Below are positions 59,594 through 64,000 of a stretch of 64,000 nt of DNA, piece by piece. Each line of letters starts with the position of its first letter. Position 1 is the first letter of the stretch. Both the position numbers and the translations under genes were made by a program. The DNA comes from an uncultured bacterium (GTDB lineage Bacteria; Krumholzibacteriota; Krumholzibacteriia; JACNKJ01). A model generated the notes under the pieces. That model did no database searches. It worked only from the letters and a program-made list of their open reading frames with translations, and had not been told where the DNA came from. The stretch lies in contig CAVOFT010000001.1 of assembly GCA_963695095.1 (NCBI GenBank), positions 288,001 to 352,000 of the forward strand. Direction: 5' to 3'.

Positions 59594-62500
59594 ATGGCGG
59601 GCAAGCACAAGCAAGAGCGCCACGGCGGCTGGAAGCAGGCGATGCCCCGCTTCTTCAGCATCTTCCTCGGCAGCGCGCTGCTGGTTCTGGCCATCGGCGT
59701 GCTGCTCTTCGCCGCCGAACGCGAGCGGCGCCTGACCGGCCTGGCCGGCCAGGAGGAATCCCGACTGCGCCTGCAGGCGGCCTACAGCGAGCAGCAGCTG
59801 CAGCAGGCGGCCACCGAGTTGCTGGCGCTGGGGCGCAACGAGACCCTGCAAAGGGCCGGCGAGCTGGGCGTGGGCGATGGCCCCGGTCAGCTCGATCGCC
59901 AGCAGGCCCTCGCCCTCGCGCGCGATCTCGAGCGCTTCGCCGGGGTCAAGGACGCCTGCGCGGAGCTCGCCCTCTACGGCCGCAAGGGCCGTGAGCTGAT
60001 GCACCTGGAGCTCGGCGGGGGCGAGCCGGTGGCGGTCTTCCCGGATTCCGGCGCCGTCGGCCGACGCCGCAGCCCCGTGGATCTGGACGAGCTGCCGGCG
60101 GGGCAGGTCCGCTTCTGGCAAGCCGAGGGCGGCGAGCCGCGCCTGCTCCTGGCCACCGGCGTGCGCGAGGGCGGGCGCCTCGTGGGCAGCCTCGTCCTCG
60201 GCCTGCGCCCCGAGTCCTTGCTCGGCAAGACCGCCGAGCAGGGCGGCAGCGACATGGCCGATCTGCGCATCCTCGACCGCCGCGGCCGCAGCCTGCTGGC
60301 GGTCGCCTCGGGCGAGCTGTCCAGCCGGGCCTTCGATCCCAGTCAGGCCGCCCCGGAGCTCTGGAGCCGGATCCACAGCAGCGCGGAGGGACAGCAGCAG
60401 GACGGCACGGGGCTCACCAGCTACCGCACCCTGGATCTGGCGCGCCCGCTCGTGGAGCTGACGGGCGAGAGCGCTCCCGGCGGCCTCAAGGTGGTGGCCC
60501 ACGTGACCGACGCCCAGGTCAGCGCGGCGATGCGCGCCTGGATCGCCGGCCTCGCCGCCTACTACCTCGTCGCGCTGTTCATCATCGCCATCGGCGCGGG
60601 CCTGCTCGCCTTCTGGCACCTGATGCCCTGGTCGCAGGGCGAGGAGGTCGAGAGCGGCCGCGAGCGCCACGAGCGCTACCTCGAGGACAGCCGCGATCTC
60701 GTCATCACCGCCGAGATCGACGAGGACGCCACCGGCACCGCCAAGCTGATCGCCATGAACCGGGCGGCCATGGAGCTTCTCGGTTTCGACGCCGCCGAGA
60801 TCGCCCAGATGAGCCTGAGCGAGATCATTCAGCCCGACTCGCTGGAGGCCCTGCGCCGGCATCTCGGCGCCGCGCGCAGCGGCCGCGCCCACTCCGTGGA
60901 CCTGGAGATGGTCAGCCGCAGCGGCAAGGTCCTCAGCGTCGAGCTGCACTTCCAGCGCGCCGTCTCGGCCGACGGCGAGAGCAGCGTGTTGCGCGGCACC
61001 GGCCGCGATGTCAGCCAGCGCAAGCGCCTCGAGAAATCCGTGATCGAGCTCGAGCAGCTCATGGACATGCAGACGGCGGCCATCGGCGCCCTGCAGGAGT
61101 CCGACAATGTCGAGGCTGCCCTGACGACGGTGCTGGGCCGCACCGAACTCGAGAGCTCGGGCTGGGTCGCCCTCTACGCCACCATGGACGCCCAGCGGCC
61201 GCTGGAGCGGGTGGCCCACCGCGTGCTCGACAGCAAGGACAAGCAGGCCGGGGTGCTCGTCGATAGCCTGCCGGCGACCCTACCCGAGAGCTTCCGCCCC
61301 ATCGCCACCGGCGAGCGGCCCTTCCGCATCGACCTCAAGGCCGCGGGCGAGCCGCCCTTCGGCGTGCCGCTGCCTGCCCTGCATGCGGCCTGCTGGCTCT
61401 TCCCGCTCGGCCGCGCCGCCGGGGTGACGGGCGCCCTGCTCGTCTTCACGCGGAGCGAGGCCGAGTGGTCCACCCGCCGTCAGGACGCCCTGCGCCAGAT
61501 CGCCGGCGCCTGCGGGCAGAGCCTGGCGCACCGCCGCCTCAGCGCGGGGCTGGCGGCCGAACATGCGGCCCTGGAGACCTCCCGGGGCGAGACGGCGAAG
61601 GCCGAGGACACGCTGCCCACCTTCCTCACCCGCGTCGCCGACCGCCTGCGCCTGCCGGCGCGGCGCCTGGTCGACGAGGCGAACCGCGCCCTCGAGTCCC
61701 CCGGCGCCGAGCGCGCCGGTCTCGAGGGAGCGGCCCGGAACGCCCGCGGCCTGCTGCGCAGCATCGAGGAGATCCTCAGCTACGCCGAGCTGGAGGCCGG
61801 CCGCCTCGAGGTTGCCCAGACCGAATTCGTCTGGCGCGATCTCGTCCGCGAGGCCCTGGACGCGATGGCAGAAGCCGCCATGCGCCGCGGGCTCACCCTG
61901 CGCGCCGAGATCGAGAAGCAGATTCCGCCGCGCCTCATCGGCGACGCGCCGCGCGTGCGCCAGGTGCTCGACCAGCTGCTCGGCAACGCGCTGCGCTTCA
62001 CCGAAAAGGGCGAGGTGGTGCTCAAGGTGCAGCTCGCCCGCGAGACGGCCCAGGGCGTCTCCATCCACTTCACGGTGCACGACACCGGCAGCGGCATTCC
62101 CGACGAGCAGCAGAACAGCCTCTTTGCGCCCTTTGGCCAGGAGGGTGTCGCCGCCTCGCGGAGGCACCGCAACGGCGGGCTCGGCCTCAGCCTCGCCTCG
62201 CGCCTGGTGCGCGCTCTGGGTGGGACGATGTGGATGCAGAGCGTGCCCGGCCAGGGGAGCAACTTCCACTTCACCTGCCCCTTCGGCTTGCCGTCCGGGC
62301 AGGAGAAGCCGCGTTACGGCGCCAAGGAGACCCCGGCCACGCCGTCGCCCGCTACCGTCGGCGGGGCGCCGGTGCACGTCGCGCCGCCGCCCAGCCTGCG
62401 CGTGCTCCTGGCCGAGGAGAGCGAGTCCAGCCGGACCCGCCTCAGCGCCCTGCTCAGCGCTCAGGGCCACCGCGTCCAGGCGGCCGACTCGGCGATCCAG

Positions 62501-63169
62501 GCCATCGAGCTGCTGGCCCAGCAGGACTTCGACGCGGTGTTCATGAGCGTCCAGATGCGCGACATGGACGGCCTCACCGCCACGCGCGCCATTCGGGACT
62601 ATGAAAAGGAGGGCGGGGTTCGCCTGCCGGTGGTGGCGATGTCGGCCGAGGCGATGGCGGGCGATCGCGCCCGCTGCGAGGCGGCGGGCATGGATCACTA
62701 CCTGAGCAAGCCCATCGATGAGAAGGAGCTCCTGGGGCTGGTCGCCCGCCTGGCCCAGGGGATGACGCAGTACGCGGCCGCCGCCTCCGGGCCCGGCGCC
62801 GACAGAAGGGATGTCAACATGCACGTCGACATGGATCTGAGTGTGTTCGATCGCGCGGCGGCGCTGGACCGGGTGGGCGGCGACCTCGAGCTGCTCATCG
62901 AGCTGGCGGGGATGTTCATGGAGGACTGTCCCCAGCTCCTGGCCGAGATCGAGGGTGCCCTGCGCAATGGCGACAGCGATGCCCTGCAGGCGAGCGCGCA
63001 CACGCTCAAGGGCGCGGTGGGCAACTTCTCGGCGCAGAACGCCTACGACGCGGCCTACGCCCTCGAGCAGATCGGCCGCAGCGGCGATCTCAGCGAGGCC
63101 GTGGCGGCCTACCGGGTGCTCAAGCAGGAGCTCGAGCGCCTGCAGCCCATGCTCGGGGCCCTGGTCTAG
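59594..63169 (+). CDS. Membrane hybrid sensor (periplasmic domain, PAS, GAF-like, degenerate HisKA, HATPase, degenerate REC, Hpt)
   Basis: Two TM helices; [21 protein letters not shown]-box reads [12 protein letters not shown]; receiver reads VFMSVQM; Hpt reads AHTLKGA. Confidence 0.88.
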   Translation: MAGKHKQERHGGWKQAMPRFFSIFLGSALLVLAIGVLLFAAERERRLTGLAGQEESRLRLQAAYSEQQLQQAATELLALGRNETLQRAGELGVGDGPGQLDRQQALALARDLERFAGVKDACAELALYGRKGRELMHLELGGGEPVAVFPDSGAVGRRRSPVDLDELPAGQVRFWQAEGGEPRLLLATGVREGGRLVGSLVLGLRPESLLGKTAEQGGSDMADLRILDRRGRSLLAVASGELSSRAFDPSQAAPELWSRIHSSAEGQQQDGTGLTSYRTLDLARPLVELTGESAPGGLKVVAHVTDAQVSAAMRAWIAGLAAYYLVALFIIAIGAGLLAFWHLMPWSQGEEVESGRERHERYLEDSRDLVITAEIDEDATGTAKLIAMNRAAMELLGFDAAEIAQMSLSEIIQPDSLEALRRHLGAARSGRAHSVDLEMVSRSGKVLSVELHFQRAVSADGESSVLRGTGRDVSQRKRLEKSVIELEQLMDMQTAAIGALQESDNVEAALTTVLGRTELESSGWVALYATMDAQRPLERVAHRVLDSKDKQAGVLVDSLPATLPESFRPIATGERPFRIDLKAAGEPPFGVPLPALHAACWLFPLGRAAGVTGALLVFTRSEAEWSTRRQDALRQIAGACGQSLAHRRLSAGLAAEHAALETSRGETAKAEDTLPTFLTRVADRLRLPARRLVDEANRALESPGAERAGLEGAARNARGLLRSIEEILSYAELEAGRLEVAQTEFVWRDLVREALDAMAEAAMRRGLTLRAEIEKQIPPRLIGDAPRVRQVLDQLLGNALRFTEKGEVVLKVQLARETAQGVSIHFTVHDTGSGIPDEQQNSLFAPFGQEGVAASRRHRNGGLGLSLASRLVRALGGTMWMQSVPGQGSNFHFTCPFGLPSGQEKPRYGAKETPATPSPATVGGAPVHVAPPPSLRVLLAEESESSRTRLSALLSAQGHRVQAADSAIQAIELLAQQDFDAVFMSVQMRDMDGLTATRAIRDYEKEGGVRLPVVAMSAEAMAGDRARCEAAGMDHYLSKPIDEKELLGLVARLAQGMTQYAAAASGPGADRRDVNMHVDMDLSVFDRAAALDRVGGDLELLIELAGMFMEDCPQLLAEIEGALRNGDSDALQASAHTLKGAVGNFSAQNAYDAAYALEQIGRSGDLSEAVAAYRVLKQELERLQPMLGALV

Positions 63170-63240
63170 GCAACGGTGCGCACTTGAAGGAAATTCCAGT
63201 CTTGGAGCAGACGGCCTTCGACCCTGAGGAGGCTGAGGCG

Positions 63241-64000
63241 ATGCGCGTCGCGGGCGAGAGCCTACGCGACTCAAGCAAGCAGTCGCCGACGCCCGGGGCT
63301 CCGGCGCCCCCGCGCCGCTCGAGCCCGGCCGGCATCTTCACGATCAGTGCGCTGCTCAGCCTGACCTTGCTCATTACCCTCGCCGTCTTCTTCTGGCGGG
63401 TCGAACGGGACTGGCAGTACCACCTGAGCGGCGATGCCCTGCTCCAGGAGCAACTGCAGGCAGCGCTCGAACGCGAGCAGGCGAGGAGCCAAAGCCCGGA
63501 AGTCGGCAGCATGGTCCGCATCGTACGCGAGCACACCGAACACCTGCTCGAGCACACGCGCGAAATTCAGCGCAGCGAAGCCAATCTCACGCGGCACATC
63601 CTGCTGCTCCTGGTGGCCATGATCGTGACCTGGTCCGTGGGGATGCTCTTCCTGCACGGGAGCTTGCGCGGCGAGCGCAAGGCTCTGGCTGTGGCCGGCC
63701 GCGCCCGGGCGGAAACAGAGGCCTCGAACCGGCGCCTGGCCGTGGCCAACCTCAGGCTCAGCGACGCGGTGACCACGGCGAGCACGAACGCGCTCTCGGC
63801 AGAGCTGGCCAACCGGGCCAAGAGCGAGTTCCTGGCCAACATGAGCCATGAGATCCGCACACCGATGAACGGCATCATCGGCATGAGCTCCCTGCTCGCG
63901 GACACGGACCTCGACGCCGAACAGCGTGAATACGTGGACGCCGTGCAGGTCTCGTCGGCAAACCTGCTCACCGTCATCAATGACATCCTCGACTTCTCGA
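63241..64000 (+). CDS. Membrane sensor histidine kinase, 3'-partial
   Basis: GAGGAGG RBS; two TM helices; [25 protein letters not shown]...INDILDFS runs off the window end. Confidence 0.9.
   Translation, partial: MRVAGESLRDSSKQSPTPGAPAPPRRSSPAGIFTISALLSLTLLITLAVFFWRVERDWQYHLSGDALLQEQLQAALEREQARSQSPEVGSMVRIVREHTEHLLEHTREIQRSEANLTRHILLLLVAMIVTWSVGMLFLHGSLRGERKALAVAGRARAETEASNRRLAVANLRLSDAVTTASTNALSAELANRAKSEFLANMSHEIRTPMNGIIGMSSLLADTDLDAEQREYVDAVQVSSANLLTVINDILDFS

Noticed and set aside
1..64000. tRNA, rRNA, IS or prophage genes
   Set aside because: No such signatures were recognised by eye; a covariance-model scan would be needed to exclude small RNAs.

Overview
High-GC bacterial DNA. An FCB-superphylum candidate lineage (Latescibacterota/Krumholzibacteriota-like) is inferred from seven secreted proteins ending in T9SS/FlgD-Ig-like C-terminal domains, a PorV-like gene and 'T-x-W-x-x-(I/V)K-x-LY' tails. 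About 50 CDS were found; no rRNA, tRNA, CRISPR array, integrase or transposase was recognised. In order, the window holds: (1) a SusD-less polysaccharide-utilisation-like operon (CBM9-like protein, TonB-dependent receptor, large secreted CTD protein, PorV-like barrel, GH144 beta-1,2-glucanase, secreted protein); (2) zur-znuACB; (3) HDOD protein, carbonic anhydrase and S9 peptidase; (4) a PEP/pyruvate-binding ATP-grasp plus nucleotidyltransferase fusion; (5) a lower-GC S8-protease cassette, an HNH remnant, adaA-ogt and a DUF433/PIN toxin-antitoxin pair; (6) a porin-peptide-symporter-sensor kinase run; (7) purine catabolism genes (PreA-like flavoprotein with 8-oxoguanine deaminase; ygfM-xdhD-like); (8) a second S8 cassette bounded by a 25-bp direct repeat; (9) a pseudo-kinase/Hpt hybrid followed by a partial kinase. 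Both S8 cassettes have the same TGTACACGTGTACA palindrome element at their left edge. A mosaic recombination scar lies at 43.9-44.1 kb. About 15 single-base frameshifts split or fuse genes and are most likely long-read errors, so several long ORFs in the supplied track are artefacts.
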